A program made the translations under genes and the position numbers. Below, piece by piece: positions 17,883 through 28,554 of a DNA stretch of 32,000 nt. The DNA is from Schaalia meyeri (lineage in GTDB: Bacteria > Actinomycetota > Actinomycetes > Actinomycetales > Actinomycetaceae), in assembly GCF_900105015.1 (NCBI RefSeq), contig NZ_FNLK01000003.1, positions 30,001 through 62,000 of the forward strand. Direction: 5' to 3'. Position 1 is the first letter of the stretch, and the number at the start of each line of letters is the position of its first letter. The notes beneath the pieces were generated by a model. That model did not search any database. It was not told where the DNA came from and saw nothing but the letters and a program-made list of their open reading frames with translations.

Positions 17883-18619
17883 AGGTCCATGACCTCATCG
17901 AGACCGATCGTCAGGCCCGTGCGACCGATGACGCGGCGCACGCCCAGGAGGACGCCGGGCATGAAGGATGCGCGGTCGAAGGAGTCGGTGCGGATTACCA
18001 GCTGCTCGCCCTCGTTACCCAGGAGGATCTCCTCGGAGGCGGTCAGTCCGCGCAGGCGAACCGCGTGGACGGGGATGCCGTCAACGCGGCCCCCGCGTGC
18101 ACCCAGCTCATCCGTCTGCGTCGCGTCGGGCATATCCCCCCACCCGGCCGCCCTGCGAGCCTGGGCCATACCGCGCGCGGTCGCAACCGCCGTGCCGGAA
18201 GGCGCGTCCACCTTGCCGGGGTGGTGCATCTCAATGACCTCTGCGGACTCGAAGTAGGGTGCCGCCATGGCCGCGAACTTCATGGCGAGCACCGCTCCCA
18301 TCGCAAAGTTCGGGGCAATCAGGACGGCCTGCCCCGCCCGGCACGCGTGCTCGCTCACCCTCGCGTAGGATTCTTCCGTCCACCCGGTGGTCCCGACGAC
18401 GACGTCCACTCCGGCGTCGATGAGGGCGTGCACGTTTGATTCCGTGACGGTCGGAACCGAGAAATCGACGGCGACCTGCGCGCCATTAACGCTCTGGGCG
18501 GTGATCGCGTCGCCCGCGTCAAGGAGGGCGACGACCTCCATGTCGGGCGCGTCCGTCACCGCCTGGACGACGGTGGATCCCATGCGGCCTTTGGCCCCGG
18601 TGACTGCCACGCGTATCAT
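17879..18619 (-). CDS. dapB: 4-hydroxy-tetrahydrodipicolinate reductase
   Basis: MIRVAVTGAKGRMG (dinucleotide-binding motif) and the signature EMHHPGKVDAPSGTA. SD TAAGGAGGAG lies upstream of ATG 18619. Confidence 0.95.
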   Translation of the reverse strand: MIRVAVTGAKGRMGSTVVQAVTDAPDMEVVALLDAGDAITAQSVNGAQVAVDFSVPTVTESNVHALIDAGVDVVVGTTGWTEESYARVSEHACRAGQAVLIAPNFAMGAVLAMKFAAMAAPYFESAEVIEMHHPGKVDAPSGTAVATARGMAQARRAAGWGDMPDATQTDELGARGGRVDGIPVHAVRLRGLTASEEILLGNEGEQLVIRTDSFDRASFMPGVLLGVRRVIGRTGLTIGLDEVMDL

Positions 18620-18709
18620 TGCTGTCTCCTCCTTAGCGTTCGTTCATGGTGTCAGGGTATGCGCTTTGAGCGCACGATTGAAGCGCGACGTCTCACTGCC
18701 AACAGCGCT

Positions 18710-20014
18710 TTAGTCGGCGGGAAGGACCAATGCCCGGCAGTCCAGCTTGGTGGCCAGGGAAGCGGCCAGCGCTCGCACGTCGCGCGCATCAACTGCCTCA
18801 AACTCGGCGAGCGATTCGTCGATGGGGCGATAGCGTCCGATGATCTCCGAACGTCCCAGGCGCATCATTCGAGACCAGTTATCTTCGAGTCCCAGGACGA
18901 CGTTCCCGCGCACCTGACCGCGCACGCGCGTCATTTCCTCCTCCGTGGGGCCGTCACTGGCGAGGTCGTGGAGCTGCGCGCGCATGATGGCCTCGACCTC
19001 GGCCGCCTTGTCGGGGCTGCACCCCGCGTACATGCCGAAGGTACCGGTGTCGGAGTACGCGACATCGAAGGCGTAGGTCGTGTACGCCAGGCCGCGCTTT
19101 TCCCGCACCTCTTGGAAGAGCCTTGAGGACATTGAGCCTCCCAGGATTGACAGCAGCACGCTCATCGTCGGGCCTGTCGGGTCCGTGGCGGACAGACCTT
19201 CGCAGCCGATCACGACGTGCGTCTGCGTCACATCGCGTCGGCGGGTGATCTCTCGTTCGTGGTCGGCGATGGGCGTTCGCGTCGTCGATCGACGAGGTCG
19301 CGGGGCAGCCGCGCCGCCCGCATCCCACGGGGATGCGTCAAGGGCCGCCTGCACGCGCTCACACACGTGATCGTGATCGACGCTCCCCGCAGCCGCAACG
19401 ATCAGGGAGGAGGGCGCGTAGTGCGCCTGGTAGTGCTCCCACACGTCAGCCCGATCGACGCCTGAAATGGCCTGCGCAGTTCCCCCGACGGGTCGCCCGA
19501 TTGGACGGTCCCCGTGGACGGCCAGCTGGAAGGCGTCGTGCACCGTGTCGGTGGGCGAGTCCTCACCCATAGCCAGCTCATCCAGGATAACGCCGCGTTC
19601 CATCGCAAAGTCCGTCCCGTCCAGGCGAGAATCGCTGACCATATCGGTCAGCGTCTCGATCGCCATGTCCAGGTCCGCGTCGCGTACGCGCGCCCAGTAC
19701 GCGGTGTGTTCGCGAGCCGTTTCGGCATTCGACTCGCCGCCGACGCTGTCGAAGGAAATGGCGATGTCGAGAGCGGAACGCGCGTGCGTCCCCTTGAAGA
19801 GGAGGTGCTCAAGAAAGTGTGTCGACCCCGCAGTCCGTTCTTCCTCGTCACGCGAACCGACGGGAACCCACAGGGAGATGCCCGCACTCTTGGTCGCGGG
19901 AATCGTCTGAGTGAGGACGCGCGCCCCGCAGCCCAGGATCGTTCGATCGACACGGGTGTCCCCGTCCTCAATCGATAGGTTGTCCTCGTTAAGCGGTAGC
20001 GGCTTCGGTGTCAT
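18710..20014 (-). CDS. M16-family (pitrilysin-like) zinc metallopeptidase
   Basis: 434 aa. Inverted zinc motif HFLEH followed by LFKGT. SD GAGGAG upstream of ATG 20014. The position downstream of pnp is conserved in actinobacteria (PepR-like). Confidence 0.88.
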   Translation of the reverse strand: MTPKPLPLNEDNLSIEDGDTRVDRTILGCGARVLTQTIPATKSAGISLWVPVGSRDEEERTAGSTHFLEHLLFKGTHARSALDIAISFDSVGGESNAETAREHTAYWARVRDADLDMAIETLTDMVSDSRLDGTDFAMERGVILDELAMGEDSPTDTVHDAFQLAVHGDRPIGRPVGGTAQAISGVDRADVWEHYQAHYAPSSLIVAAAGSVDHDHVCERVQAALDASPWDAGGAAAPRPRRSTTRTPIADHEREITRRRDVTQTHVVIGCEGLSATDPTGPTMSVLLSILGGSMSSRLFQEVREKRGLAYTTYAFDVAYSDTGTFGMYAGCSPDKAAEVEAIMRAQLHDLASDGPTEEEMTRVRGQVRGNVVLGLEDNWSRMMRLGRSEIIGRYRPIDESLAEFEAVDARDVRALAASLATKLDCRALVLPAD

Positions 20015-20078
20015 ACTTCTCCTCTTGGTTCCCCTCGCCCACGTGATGGGACGGGCACGAAACGATCACAGTGTAGCT

Positions 20079-20128
20079 GTAAAAGGCCCGGTGGCCGGGC
20101 GGAGCTCTCACTCCGTCAACCACCGGGC
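20079..20128 (-). terminator. Probable intrinsic terminator of pnp
   Basis: On the minus strand, GCCCGGTGG (20128-20120) pairs perfectly with CCACCGGGC (20094-20086). The loop contains an inner GGAG/CTCC stem. CTTTTAC follows. The structure starts 21 nt after the pnp stop. Confidence 0.55.
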
Positions 20129-20148
20129 TTTCTCAGCTAACGGGATGC

Positions 20149-22491
20149 TCACTCCTCGGAAGCGCCTTCCTCACGGTCGTCGTCGCGGCGCCGACGCGTG
20201 CGCGTGCGGGGACGACGTTCACGGCGCTCGCCGCGGTCGCGACGCTCGCGGCGCTCGGTCTGCTCGCCTTCTGGGACCTCCAGGTCGCCGGCCTCACCGT
20301 CGATGACGGCGTGCAGGCTGAGCTTGCCGCGGTCGCCGATCTCGTTGATCTCGACCTCGACCTGCTGGCCGACCTGCAGGACGTCGTCCACGGAGTCGAT
20401 GCGCTTGCCGCCCACCAGGCGACGCACCTGCGAGATGTGCAGCAGGCCGTCCTTGCCGGGGGTCAGCGAGACGAACGCGCCGAAGGAGGTGGTCTTGACG
20501 ACAGTGCCAACGAAGCGCTCGCCGACCTCGGGCATCTGCGGGTTGGCGATCTGATTGACCATGGTGCGCGCGGCCTCAGCGGAGGCACCGTCCGAGGACG
20601 CGATGTACACGGTGCCGTCGTCCTCAATGGTGACGTCGGCGCCGGTCTCGTCCTGAATCTGGTTGATCATCTTGCCCTTGGGACCGATAACCTCGCCGAT
20701 CTTGTCCACGGGAACCTTCACGGTGATGATGCGAGGAGCGTTCTGGCTCATCTCGTCCGGTCCGTCGATCGCCTGGTTGATGAGGTCGAGGATCGCCAGG
20801 CGGGCGTCGCGGGCCTGGGCGAGCGCGCCGCGCAGGACCTGGGAGTCGATGCCGTCTAGCTTGGTGTCCAGCTGCAGGGCGGTGATGAAGTCGCGGGTAC
20901 CGGCGACCTTGAAGTCCATGTCGCCGAAGCCGTCCTCGGCACCCAGGATGTCGGTGAGCGTCACGGCCTTGAACTGGCCGTCGACCTCGCCGGTCATGAG
21001 CCCCATAGCGATTCCGGCGACGGGCGCGCGCAGCGGGACGCCAGCCTGCAGGAGCGACAGGGTCGAGGCACACACGGAACCCATCGAGGAGGAACCGTTG
21101 GATCCCATCGTTTCGGACACCTGGCGGATCGCGTAGGGGAAGTCCTCGCGCGACGGCAGGACGGGGACGAGGGCACGCTCGGCCAGGTCTCCGTGGCCGA
21201 TCTCACGGCGCTTCGGAGAGCCGACGCGACCAACCTCACCTGTGGAGAAGGGCGCGAAGTTGTACTGGTGCATGTAGCGCTTGGAGTTAACGGGCGACAG
21301 GTTATCGATCTGCTGCTCCATGCGCAGCATCGCCAGGGTGGTCACGCCCAGGATCTGGGTCTCGCCGCGCTGGAACAGGGCGGAGCCGTGCACGCGGGGC
21401 AGGACCTCGACCTCGGCGGACAGGGAACGGATCTGGCGGGGCGTGCGACCGTCCATGCGGATCTCTTCACGCAGGGTGCGTTCCCGGATCGTCGCCTTTT
21501 CCAGGGAACGGAACGCAGCCTTGAGGCTCTTCTCACCCTCGGGGAAACGCTCGGACAGTGCCTCAAGCATCTCCGCCTTCACGGCGTCAACGGCCTCGTC
21601 ACGGGCGAGCTTACCCTCGGTGAGCAGGGCCTGGGCGATCTTGTCGCCGGCCCATTCCTGGACCGCCGCGTACTCTTCGTCGCTGTAGTCCAGGAACAGC
21701 GGGAAGTCGACGGTCTCCTTGGAGGCCTTCTCGGCGACCTTGATCTGTGCTTCGCACAGGGCCTTGATGAAGGGCTTGGCAGCCTCCAGGCCGTCGGCAA
21801 CGACGTCTTCGGTGGGAGCGGTGGCGCCGGAGCGGATGAGTTCCCACTGGTTCTTGCCGCCGCCGGCCTCGACCATCATGATCGCGACATCATCCGTGCC
21901 GTCAGCCTTGGTGACAATGCGGCCCGCGACGACGATGTTGAAGACGGAACGCTCGAGCTCGCTCCAGCGCGGGAACGCGACCCACTGGCCGTCGATGAGC
22001 GCCAGGCGGGTGCCGCCGATGGGGCCTGTGAAGGGCAGGCCGGCGATCTGCGTGGACATGGAGGCCGCGTTGATGGCCAACACGTCGTAGGCGTCGTCGG
22101 GGTCGATCGTCAGAACGGTCTCGACGACCTGAACCTCGTTGCGCAGCCCCTTGACGAAGCCGGGGCGCAGCGGGCGGTCAATGAGGCGGGCGGCCAGGAT
22201 AGCCTCGGTGCCAGCGCGGCCCTCGCGGCGGAAGAAGGAACCGGGAATACGGCCCGCCGCGTACTGACGTTCCTCAACGTCGACGGTCAGCGGGAAGAAG
22301 TCGAACTGGTCTTTGGGGTTCTTGCCGACCGTCGTGGCGGACAGGACGGTCGTGGAGTCGTCCAGGTAGGCCAGGGCGGAGCCCGCGGCCTGCTTGGCGA
22401 GGCGGCCAGTCTCGAAGCGCACGGTGCGCTTGCCGAAACGGCCGTTGTCGATGATCGCCTCTGCGGCGACGATGTCGGAGCCTTCCATCAT
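20149..22491 (-). CDS. pnp: Polyribonucleotide nucleotidyltransferase (PNPase / GPSI)
   Basis: Track ORF 20149..22575, trimmed to ATG 22491 ([35 protein letters not shown]; SD AAGGAG 9 nt upstream). Two RNase PH domains, a KH domain ([16 protein letters not shown]), an S1 domain ([20 protein letters not shown]) and an Arg/Asp/Glu-rich tail. Confidence 0.96.
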   Translation of the reverse strand: MMEGSDIVAAEAIIDNGRFGKRTVRFETGRLAKQAAGSALAYLDDSTTVLSATTVGKNPKDQFDFFPLTVDVEERQYAAGRIPGSFFRREGRAGTEAILAARLIDRPLRPGFVKGLRNEVQVVETVLTIDPDDAYDVLAINAASMSTQIAGLPFTGPIGGTRLALIDGQWVAFPRWSELERSVFNIVVAGRIVTKADGTDDVAIMMVEAGGGKNQWELIRSGATAPTEDVVADGLEAAKPFIKALCEAQIKVAEKASKETVDFPLFLDYSDEEYAAVQEWAGDKIAQALLTEGKLARDEAVDAVKAEMLEALSERFPEGEKSLKAAFRSLEKATIRERTLREEIRMDGRTPRQIRSLSAEVEVLPRVHGSALFQRGETQILGVTTLAMLRMEQQIDNLSPVNSKRYMHQYNFAPFSTGEVGRVGSPKRREIGHGDLAERALVPVLPSREDFPYAIRQVSETMGSNGSSSMGSVCASTLSLLQAGVPLRAPVAGIAMGLMTGEVDGQFKAVTLTDILGAEDGFGDMDFKVAGTRDFITALQLDTKLDGIDSQVLRGALAQARDARLAILDLINQAIDGPDEMSQNAPRIITVKVPVDKIGEVIGPKGKMINQIQDETGADVTIEDDGTVYIASSDGASAEAARTMVNQIANPQMPEVGERFVGTVVKTTSFGAFVSLTPGKDGLLHISQVRRLVGGKRIDSVDDVLQVGQQVEVEINEIGDRGKLSLHAVIDGEAGDLEVPEGEQTERRERRDRGERRERRPRTRTRRRRDDDREEGASEE

Positions 22492-22630
22492 GGGGGCGTT
22501 TCTCCTTGGTGTGTTGGTGTCGCGCTCCACTTCGGCCTTCGATCGAAGCTCCCGGATGAACGCTCCGGAGGCCACTGTCGAAAACCGGCGGCTTGTGCGC
22601 GAAAATGGGGTTTGTCCCAGGCGGGCGCAT

Positions 22631-22667
22631 GAAAACCGGCCCGTCTCCGCAACGGGAGGCGGGCCGG
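22631..22667 (-). terminator. rpsO intrinsic terminator / start of the pnp leader
   Basis: The minus strand reads CCGGCCCGCCTCC-CGTTGC-GGAGACGGGCCGG: 8 + 4 bp with one mismatch and a 6-nt loop. TTTT follows. The structure begins 7 nt after the rpsO stop. Confidence 0.7.
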
Positions 22668-22674
22668 CACGAAG

Positions 22675-22944
22675 TCAGCGGCGCAGGCCGAGACGCTTGA
22701 TGAGCGAACGGTAACGCTCAATGTCGATGTCAGCGAGGTAACCCAGCAGGCGGCGGCGACGACCGACCAGCAGCAGCAGGCCACGACGGGAGTGGTGGTC
22801 GTGCGTGTGGGTCTTGAAGTGCTCGGTCAGATCCTTGATGCGCTGGGTGAGCAGCGCGATCTGCACCTCGGGGGAACCGGTGTCGCCCTCGTGGGTCGCG
22901 TACTCGGCGATGATCTGGTCCTTAACGTCCTTGCTCAGCGGCAC
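22675..22944 (-). CDS. rpsO: 30S ribosomal protein S15
   Basis: Track ORF 22675..22977, trimmed to GTG 22944. This gives the canonical 89 aa ([69 protein letters not shown]...RLGLRR). SD AAGGAG lies 6 nt upstream. Confidence 0.95.
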   Translation of the reverse strand: MPLSKDVKDQIIAEYATHEGDTGSPEVQIALLTQRIKDLTEHFKTHTHDHHSRRGLLLLVGRRRRLLGYLADIDIERYRSLIKRLGLRR

Positions 22945-23181
22945 AGGCTTCTCCTTAGTGTTCGTTGCACGGGGCATCCGGGCCTCCCCCGGGTGCTGAC
23001 AGTCCGCGGCCGATCCACGGCTTTTCTACATTAGCACGCGCACGCCCGGGGACCAAGAACGAGCGACGAAACTAACGATTCTCCCCGTTACAGCGGGGTC
23101 TCCTCCCCCGCCCGCTTCTCTTTTGGTGCCGCAGGCGGATTCGGCGCACGCCCCGGCAACAAGCACAGGAGAGTCGGGGAG

Positions 23182-24171
23182 CTATCGGGCGGTGACGGAA
23201 TCGGGGTCGACACGCCCGGCGACGCCGATTCCGAGAATGGAGGCCGTTTGCCGCAGGTCATCATCCATCTGCGTCAGCAGGCCGTCGAGGGAGTCGAAAG
23301 ACAGCATGGGGCGGATGCGCGACACGAAGGTGACGGCGATGCGTTCACCGTAGAGGTTGAGGTCGGAGCGGCCGAGAACGTGCGCTTCGACCGTGCGCGA
23401 TTCACCATTGAACTGCGGGTTAGTGCCCACGGATATGGCGGCGGGCAGGAACTCCGCGGATTGGGTGCCGGGAACGGCTCGCACGACCCAGCCTGCGTAG
23501 ACTCCGTCGGCTGGGATCACCCCTTCGACGTCTTCCGCGAGATTAGCCGTGGGGAATCCGAGGGTGCGGCCTCGTTTGAAGCCGTGGCAGACGCGACCGC
23601 GGATGCGGTGCAGGTGTCCGAGGACGCGGGCGGCACCGGAGACGTCGCCGGCGGCCAGGAGTTCCCTCACCCACGAGGAGGACCAGCGGCGCCCTTCCGG
23701 CGCCTCAATGTCGGCGACAGTGATGACGTCGAAGCCGTAGGTACGTCCCAGCGCTCGCAGGGTGTCGATCGTTCCCACGTTGCCGCGCCCGAAGCGGAAG
23801 TCTTCGCCGACCACGACTTCGCGAGCGCCGCATCGTTCGACCAGGTATTCGTCGACGAACTCGTCTGGTTCGAGGCTGTAGACGCTGGCGTCGTAGTGTA
23901 CGACGAGCGTGGCGTCTAGACCCGCGGCGGCCATTGCGTCGAGACGATCGCGCAGCGGCGAAATGAGCTGAAGGTGAGCGTCGGGGCTGTGCACCTGGAT
24001 CGGGTGCGGGTCGAAAGTAATGGCCACGGCATCGACTCCGAGCTTGTGGGCGCGCTCGATGCAGGTCGCGATGACCTTCTTGTGCCCGTTGTGCATGCCG
24101 TCGAAGTTGCCAATGGTGACGACACTGGACTCGTTACCGGGGATTTCTGCGAGGAAATGCCAGACGTTCAT
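23182..24171 (-). CDS. ribF: Bifunctional riboflavin kinase / FMN adenylyltransferase
   Basis: Track ORF 23182..24345, trimmed to ATG 24171 (MNVWHFLAEIPGNESSVVTIGNFDGMHNGHKKV). The C-terminal kinase domain carries LGFPTANL, VGTNPQF and VEAHVLG. Confidence 0.93.
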   Translation of the reverse strand: MNVWHFLAEIPGNESSVVTIGNFDGMHNGHKKVIATCIERAHKLGVDAVAITFDPHPIQVHSPDAHLQLISPLRDRLDAMAAAGLDATLVVHYDASVYSLEPDEFVDEYLVERCGAREVVVGEDFRFGRGNVGTIDTLRALGRTYGFDVITVADIEAPEGRRWSSSWVRELLAAGDVSGAARVLGHLHRIRGRVCHGFKRGRTLGFPTANLAEDVEGVIPADGVYAGWVVRAVPGTQSAEFLPAAISVGTNPQFNGESRTVEAHVLGRSDLNLYGERIAVTFVSRIRPMLSFDSLDGLLTQMDDDLRQTASILGIGVAGRVDPDSVTAR

Positions 24172-24182
24172 GCTGTCTCTTT

Positions 24183-25250
24183 CTAGAAAACCAGGACGGT
24201 TCGCAGACGCGCCGCGTCGATACGAAGCAGGCCGAGGACGTTTCCGCCGGGGTCGACGGCTGCGATCGGGGTGTCGTCGATCGCGGAAGCATCGCGGGGG
24301 GCGGATCCAGCGCCGAGGAGCGCGAGCCCGACGTCGGCTCCCCACTGTATCAGTTCGTGGTGTGATCGCCTGGGCGCTTGCCCGTGGGCGAAAGCGTTGG
24401 CCTCGGCCCGGCTCAGGAACAGGGATGGGAACATGCTCCTGGCGGCCTCACCAAGGGGAATCAGCGGCAGGGTCGGCCCGCCTTCGGACGCCCCCTGAGG
24501 CTCTGCCCGGTCGACCGCTTCCGTGAGCTCCTTAAGCGTCATCGCGCGCGCGAGCGAAAAGCCTCCGACTCGTGTGCGGCGCAGCACGGTCAGGTGGGCG
24601 CCCACGCCGAGGGCCCGACCAGCGTCGCGGGCCAGGGCTCGCACGTAGGTACCCGAGGAGCATTCAACTTCGACGTCGACATCAACGACGCACACAGCGC
24701 CCACCCGCGTCGCCCCGCCCAGCCGGGCCGAGGCCGCGTCGGGCGTGACGGTCAGGGGGCGCGGGGGCGCGGGAACCTCCAGGCGTGAGACGTGCACGGG
24801 CCGAGCAGCCAGGGCGACGTCCTGGCCGGCGCGAGCCAGCGCGTACGCCCTCTTCCCCTGCACCTTGATCGCCGATACCGTCGACGGCACCTGCATGATG
24901 TCGCCACGCAGGGAAGCCAGTGCCCTCTCCAGGGCGTCGGCAGGCAGGGACACGCACCCAAGCGTCTGCGTGGGCTCTCCCTCGGCGTCGTCCGTATTCG
25001 TCGATATGCCGAAACGGATCGTCGCCCGGTACTCCTTCGAGTGACCGCTCACCCACGTGAGCAGTTTCGTGGCTTTACCGATGCCGATAACCAGGACTCC
25101 CGTCGCCATAGGATCCAGCGTGCCGCCGTGGCCGACCTTGCGGGTATGAGCCAGGCGTCGCACCCGCGAGACCACGTCGTGGCTGGTGAGCCCCTGTGGC
25201 TTGTCGATGACGAGCAGGCCGGGGCGGGGGTTATCGGGACGGCGAGCCAT
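24183..25250 (-). CDS. truB: tRNA pseudouridine(55) synthase
   Basis: GLLVIDKPQGLTSHDVV and GHGGTLDPMATGVL (catalytic Asp). ATG 25250 lies 6 nt after the rbfA stop. Confidence 0.93.
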   Translation of the reverse strand: MARRPDNPRPGLLVIDKPQGLTSHDVVSRVRRLAHTRKVGHGGTLDPMATGVLVIGIGKATKLLTWVSGHSKEYRATIRFGISTNTDDAEGEPTQTLGCVSLPADALERALASLRGDIMQVPSTVSAIKVQGKRAYALARAGQDVALAARPVHVSRLEVPAPPRPLTVTPDAASARLGGATRVGAVCVVDVDVEVECSSGTYVRALARDAGRALGVGAHLTVLRRTRVGGFSLARAMTLKELTEAVDRAEPQGASEGGPTLPLIPLGEAARSMFPSLFLSRAEANAFAHGQAPRRSHHELIQWGADVGLALLGAGSAPRDASAIDDTPIAAVDPGGNVLGLLRIDAARLRTVLVF

Positions 25251-25256
25251 TGGTAC

Positions 25257-25706
25257 CTAGGCCCGTTCCTCGTCGGCTGCCTCATCCTGGTCGTCGTGGC
25301 GATAGGGATCCGCGTCGCCAGCGTAGGAAGCGCCCGCGGAAGCGGCGGCGATCGCCTCGTCCTTCGCCTTCGCCTTCGCCAGCGCGTCCTCCAGGGCGGC
25401 GGCGCTCTCGGGCAGGGCATCCAGGATGAACTCCAAAGAGGGGGCCAGGCGCAGCCCGAGGACCTTGCCCACCCGGGAACGGAACAGGCCCTGCGCGGAC
25501 GTGAACGCTCGGGCAGCCTTCTGGCGTTGCTCCTCGTCTCCGAGAACCGTGTAGAAGACGGACGCGTGCTGCAGGTCGCCCGTCACGCGCACGTCCGTGA
25601 TCGTCACCAGTTCCAGGCGCGGGTCCTTGACCTGCCGCCCGATCATCGACGCGACCGTTTGCAGGATCCTCTCCTGCACCTTTCGAACGCGAGCCTCGTC
25701 AGCCAT
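25257..25706 (-). CDS. rbfA: Ribosome-binding factor A
   Basis: Track ORF 25257..25901, trimmed to ATG 25706 ([52 protein letters not shown]). SD AAGGAGG lies upstream. Acidic C-terminal extension. Confidence 0.9.
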   Translation of the reverse strand: MADEARVRKVQERILQTVASMIGRQVKDPRLELVTITDVRVTGDLQHASVFYTVLGDEEQRQKAARAFTSAQGLFRSRVGKVLGLRLAPSLEFILDALPESAAALEDALAKAKAKDEAIAAASAGASYAGDADPYRHDDQDEAADEERA

Positions 25707-25759
25707 CGCGACCTCCTTTCGGGCGCGCGCCCTCGTAGAAACACTTAATGGTAAGAGAT

Positions 25760-25787
25760 CGGGGTCCGAGCGCACGCCCGGACCCCG
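25760..25787 (-). other. GC-rich hairpin in the infB-rbfA spacer (possible attenuator or processing site)
   Basis: CGGGGTCCG (25760-25768) and CGGACCCCG (25779-25787) form a perfect 9-bp stem with a 10-nt loop. On the minus strand only a weak T-containing tract (ATCTCTT) follows. Confidence 0.4.
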
Positions 25788-25803
25788 ACACGTCGCCATG
25801 CGA

Positions 25804-28554
25804 TCAGTCACGAGCCTTCTCGCGCATCTCCCAGGTCTCGATGACGTCGCCCTCGGCGATGTCCTTGTAGCCCAGGGTGATGCCGCACTCGTAGCCCTCA
25901 CGGACCTCGGTCACGTCGTCCTTTTCGCGGCGCAGGGACGCGATCTCGAGGTTGTCGGCCACCACGACGCCGTCACGCACCAGGCGCGCCTTGACGCCGC
26001 GCTTGATCGTGCCGGAGCGGACGAGAGAGCCCGCGATGTTGCCGAACTTACCGGAACGGAACACCTGGCGGATCTCCGCGCTGCCCAGCGCGACCTCCTC
26101 GTAGATCGGCTTGAGCATGCCCTTCAGGGCGGCCTCGATATCATCGATCGCCGAGTAGATGACGTTGTAGTACTTGATCTCAACGCCCTCGGCGTCAGCC
26201 ATCTCGGCCACGCGCTCGGCAGGTCGGACGTTGAAGCCGATGATGACCGCGTTGTCGACGGTCGCCAGGTTGACGTCGTTTTGCGTGATCGCACCGACGC
26301 CTCGGTGAATGATACGCAACGCAACCTCGTCGCCCACGTCGATGCGCAGCAGCGAGTCCTCCAGGGCCTCGACGGCACCGGAGACGTCGCCCTTGATGAC
26401 CAGGTTGAGGGTGTCGACCTCGCCCTCGGCGAGGACCTTGTCGAAGTCCTCCAGGGAAACGCGCTTACGGCGCTTAGCCAGCATTGCCTGACGCTCCGCC
26501 GCCTCTCGTTTATCGGCGATCTGGCGGGCGGTGCGGTCGTCGGATGCAACCAGGAACGAGTCGCCTGCTCTGGGGACGGAGGTCAAGCCCAGGACCGCCA
26601 CCGGGGCCGAGGGGCCAGCCTCGGAGACGTCGTTACCGGCGTCGTCGAACATGGCGCGCACACGACCGTGCGAGGAACCGACCACCAGCGAATCGCCGAC
26701 GCGCAGCGTACCGCGCTGGACCAGCATGGTTGCGACGGCACCGCGCCCCTTGTCCAGGTTCGCTTCGATGGCTACGCCGCGAGCGTCGGTATTCGGGTTC
26801 GCCTCGAGGGTCAGCGCCGCGTCGGCTGTCAGCAAGACGGCCTCCAGCAGCTCGTGGATACCCTTGCGCTGCTTGGCCGAGATGTTCACGAACATGACGT
26901 CGCCGCCGTACTCTTCCGCGACCAGGCCGTACTCGGTCAGCTGGGAGCGGATCTTGTCGGGGTTTGCGCCGTCCTTATCGATCTTGTTGACCGCCACGAC
27001 GATCGGCACACCGGCCGCCTGCGCGTGGTTGATCGCCTCCACCGTCTGGGGCATGACGCCATCATCAGCAGCGACAACGAGGATCGCGATGTCGGTGACT
27101 TGGGCGCCACGCGCACGCATGGCCGTGAAGGCCTCGTGACCGGGGGTGTCGATGAAGGTGATGCGACGGGGCGTGCCGTCCTCTGCCTTGACCTTCACCT
27201 GGTAGGCGCCGATGTGCTGCGTGATACCGCCGTGCTCGCTGTCGACGACGTCCGTGTGACGGATCGCGTCAAGCAGCTTCGTCTTACCGTGGTCAACGTG
27301 GCCCATGACGGTGACGACCGGTGGCCGGGGCGCCATGTTGTCGGCGTCGTCAAGTTCCTCGGCCTCAAGGTCGATGTCGAAGGACTCCAGCAGCTCGCGG
27401 TCCTCGTCCTCGGGGGAAACGACCTTGACGTCGTACCCCAGCTCGGCACCCAGGGCTTCGAAGGTGTCCTGGTCGAGGGATTGCGTGGCGGTCGCCATCT
27501 CGCCGAGCGCAAAGAGGACCGTCACGAGGGCCGCGGGATTGACGTCAATCTTCTCAGCCAGGTCGGCCAGGGACGCTCCCTGACGGATGCGGATCTGCGC
27601 GCCACCTCCGCGCGGGATCGACACGCCGCCGATGACGGGGGCGTTTTGCTGCTCGTACTCTTGACGCTTCGCGCGCTTTGACTTGCGTCCGCGCTGCGAG
27701 CGTCCGCCCCCGCGACCGAATGCGCCCGGCGTGGAGCCGCGACCACCGCGACCGCCTCCGCGGGGACCACCGAAGCCGCCGCCGTTGTTCTGGGGAGCAC
27801 CGGTGCGCTCGCCGCCCCCGGGACGCGAGCCGCCGCGACCGCGGCCGCCGCGACCAGTGCGCTCGCCACCGCCGTTACCGGGGGAGGCGTTGCGCGCGAA
27901 GTTCGCCTGGCCGGGCATCATTCCCGGGTTGGGGCGGTTTCCGCCGGAGCGCGGTGCGCCGGGACGGGGGCCGCCGCTGCCGGAGCCGCCGGAGCGCGGT
28001 GCGCCGGGGCGAGGCCCGCCGCTGCCGGAGCCACCGGAGCGCGGTGCACCGGGGCGAGGCCCGCCGGGACGGGGCATGCCCTGGGAGGATGCGTACGGGT
28101 TGTTACCCGGACGCGGACCGCCGGGACGCGGGCCGCCAGGACGGGCAGGGCGCGGGCCGTCGGAGCGACGCGGCGCGGGCTTGGGCGCGCCTTCAGGTTT
28201 CTTGCCGCGAGGCTTGGGGGCACTCTTGCGTGCGGCAGCGCTCTTCGGAGCACCGGGCTTGGGCGCGCGAGCCTTCGTTCCTGACGCTTCGGCTGCTTCA
28301 TTCTTGGGGGCCGCAGGCTTCTTAGCAGCGGGCTTTGCCGCGCTGGGCTTGGGTACCTTGGGGGCGGGCTTTGCCTCCGCTTTCTTGGTCTTTGGTGCCG
28401 CCGCAAACTTCTCGCGCATCTGCCGCACGACGGGCGGCTCAAGCGAGGAGGACGACGACTTGACGAATTCACCTGCTTCCTTCAGGTGCCCCATCAGTTC
28501 TTTGCTCGTGATTCCGAGCTCTTTGGCGAGCTCGTGGACACGCAATTTTGCCAC
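25804..28554 (-). CDS. infB: Translation initiation factor IF-2
   Basis: GTG start at 28554 ([20 protein letters not shown]), Gly/Pro/Arg-rich N-terminal region, and G-domain motifs [22 protein letters not shown] and NKIDK. 916 aa. Confidence 0.97.
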   Translation of the reverse strand: MAKLRVHELAKELGITSKELMGHLKEAGEFVKSSSSSLEPPVVRQMREKFAAAPKTKKAEAKPAPKVPKPSAAKPAAKKPAAPKNEAAEASGTKARAPKPGAPKSAAARKSAPKPRGKKPEGAPKPAPRRSDGPRPARPGGPRPGGPRPGNNPYASSQGMPRPGGPRPGAPRSGGSGSGGPRPGAPRSGGSGSGGPRPGAPRSGGNRPNPGMMPGQANFARNASPGNGGGERTGRGGRGRGGSRPGGGERTGAPQNNGGGFGGPRGGGRGGRGSTPGAFGRGGGRSQRGRKSKRAKRQEYEQQNAPVIGGVSIPRGGGAQIRIRQGASLADLAEKIDVNPAALVTVLFALGEMATATQSLDQDTFEALGAELGYDVKVVSPEDEDRELLESFDIDLEAEELDDADNMAPRPPVVTVMGHVDHGKTKLLDAIRHTDVVDSEHGGITQHIGAYQVKVKAEDGTPRRITFIDTPGHEAFTAMRARGAQVTDIAILVVAADDGVMPQTVEAINHAQAAGVPIVVAVNKIDKDGANPDKIRSQLTEYGLVAEEYGGDVMFVNISAKQRKGIHELLEAVLLTADAALTLEANPNTDARGVAIEANLDKGRGAVATMLVQRGTLRVGDSLVVGSSHGRVRAMFDDAGNDVSEAGPSAPVAVLGLTSVPRAGDSFLVASDDRTARQIADKREAAERQAMLAKRRKRVSLEDFDKVLAEGEVDTLNLVIKGDVSGAVEALEDSLLRIDVGDEVALRIIHRGVGAITQNDVNLATVDNAVIIGFNVRPAERVAEMADAEGVEIKYYNVIYSAIDDIEAALKGMLKPIYEEVALGSAEIRQVFRSGKFGNIAGSLVRSGTIKRGVKARLVRDGVVVADNLEIASLRREKDDVTEVREGYECGITLGYKDIAEGDVIETWEMREKARD
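27944..28065 (-). repeat. 45-bp in-frame tandem repeat (about 2.7 copies) inside infB
   Basis: Copies start at 27944, 27989 and 28034 (ccggagcgcggtgcgccgg...). They are near-identical and encode [15 protein letters not shown] three times in the IF-2 N-terminal low-complexity region. Confidence 0.9.

Noticed and set aside
23028-23056. Possible rpsO promoter (minus strand, -35 TTGGTC, 17-nt spacer, -10 TAATGT)
   Set aside because: The geometry is acceptable, but only 3 of 6 positions match in each hexamer. That is too weak to report as a feature without transcription start data.
25597-27681. Very long plus-strand ORF (694 aa) inside infB. Similar long antisense ORFs lie at 21193..22632 (in pnp), 16518..18257 (dapA/GNAT/dapB), 13672..14973, 14988..16292 (rnj), 29099..30439 (nusA/rimP), 11924..12793 (ftsK) and 546..1616 (hflX).
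   Set aside because: Each lies antisense to a confidently identified conserved gene. Their translations are Arg/Gly/Ala/Pro-rich low-complexity sequences with no recognisable motifs. In high-G+C genomes the antisense frames lack stop codons because TTA, CTA and TCA codons are rare. They are artefacts, not overlapping genes.
27700-28330. Repetitive Gly/Pro/Arg-coding DNA in infB, and the 60-bp repeats at 31798..32000, considered as possible CRISPR or other non-coding arrays
   Set aside because: Both are in frame within clear coding sequences (IF-2 N-terminal region; wall-binding modules). Neither has unique spacers or the constant repeat structure of CRISPR.
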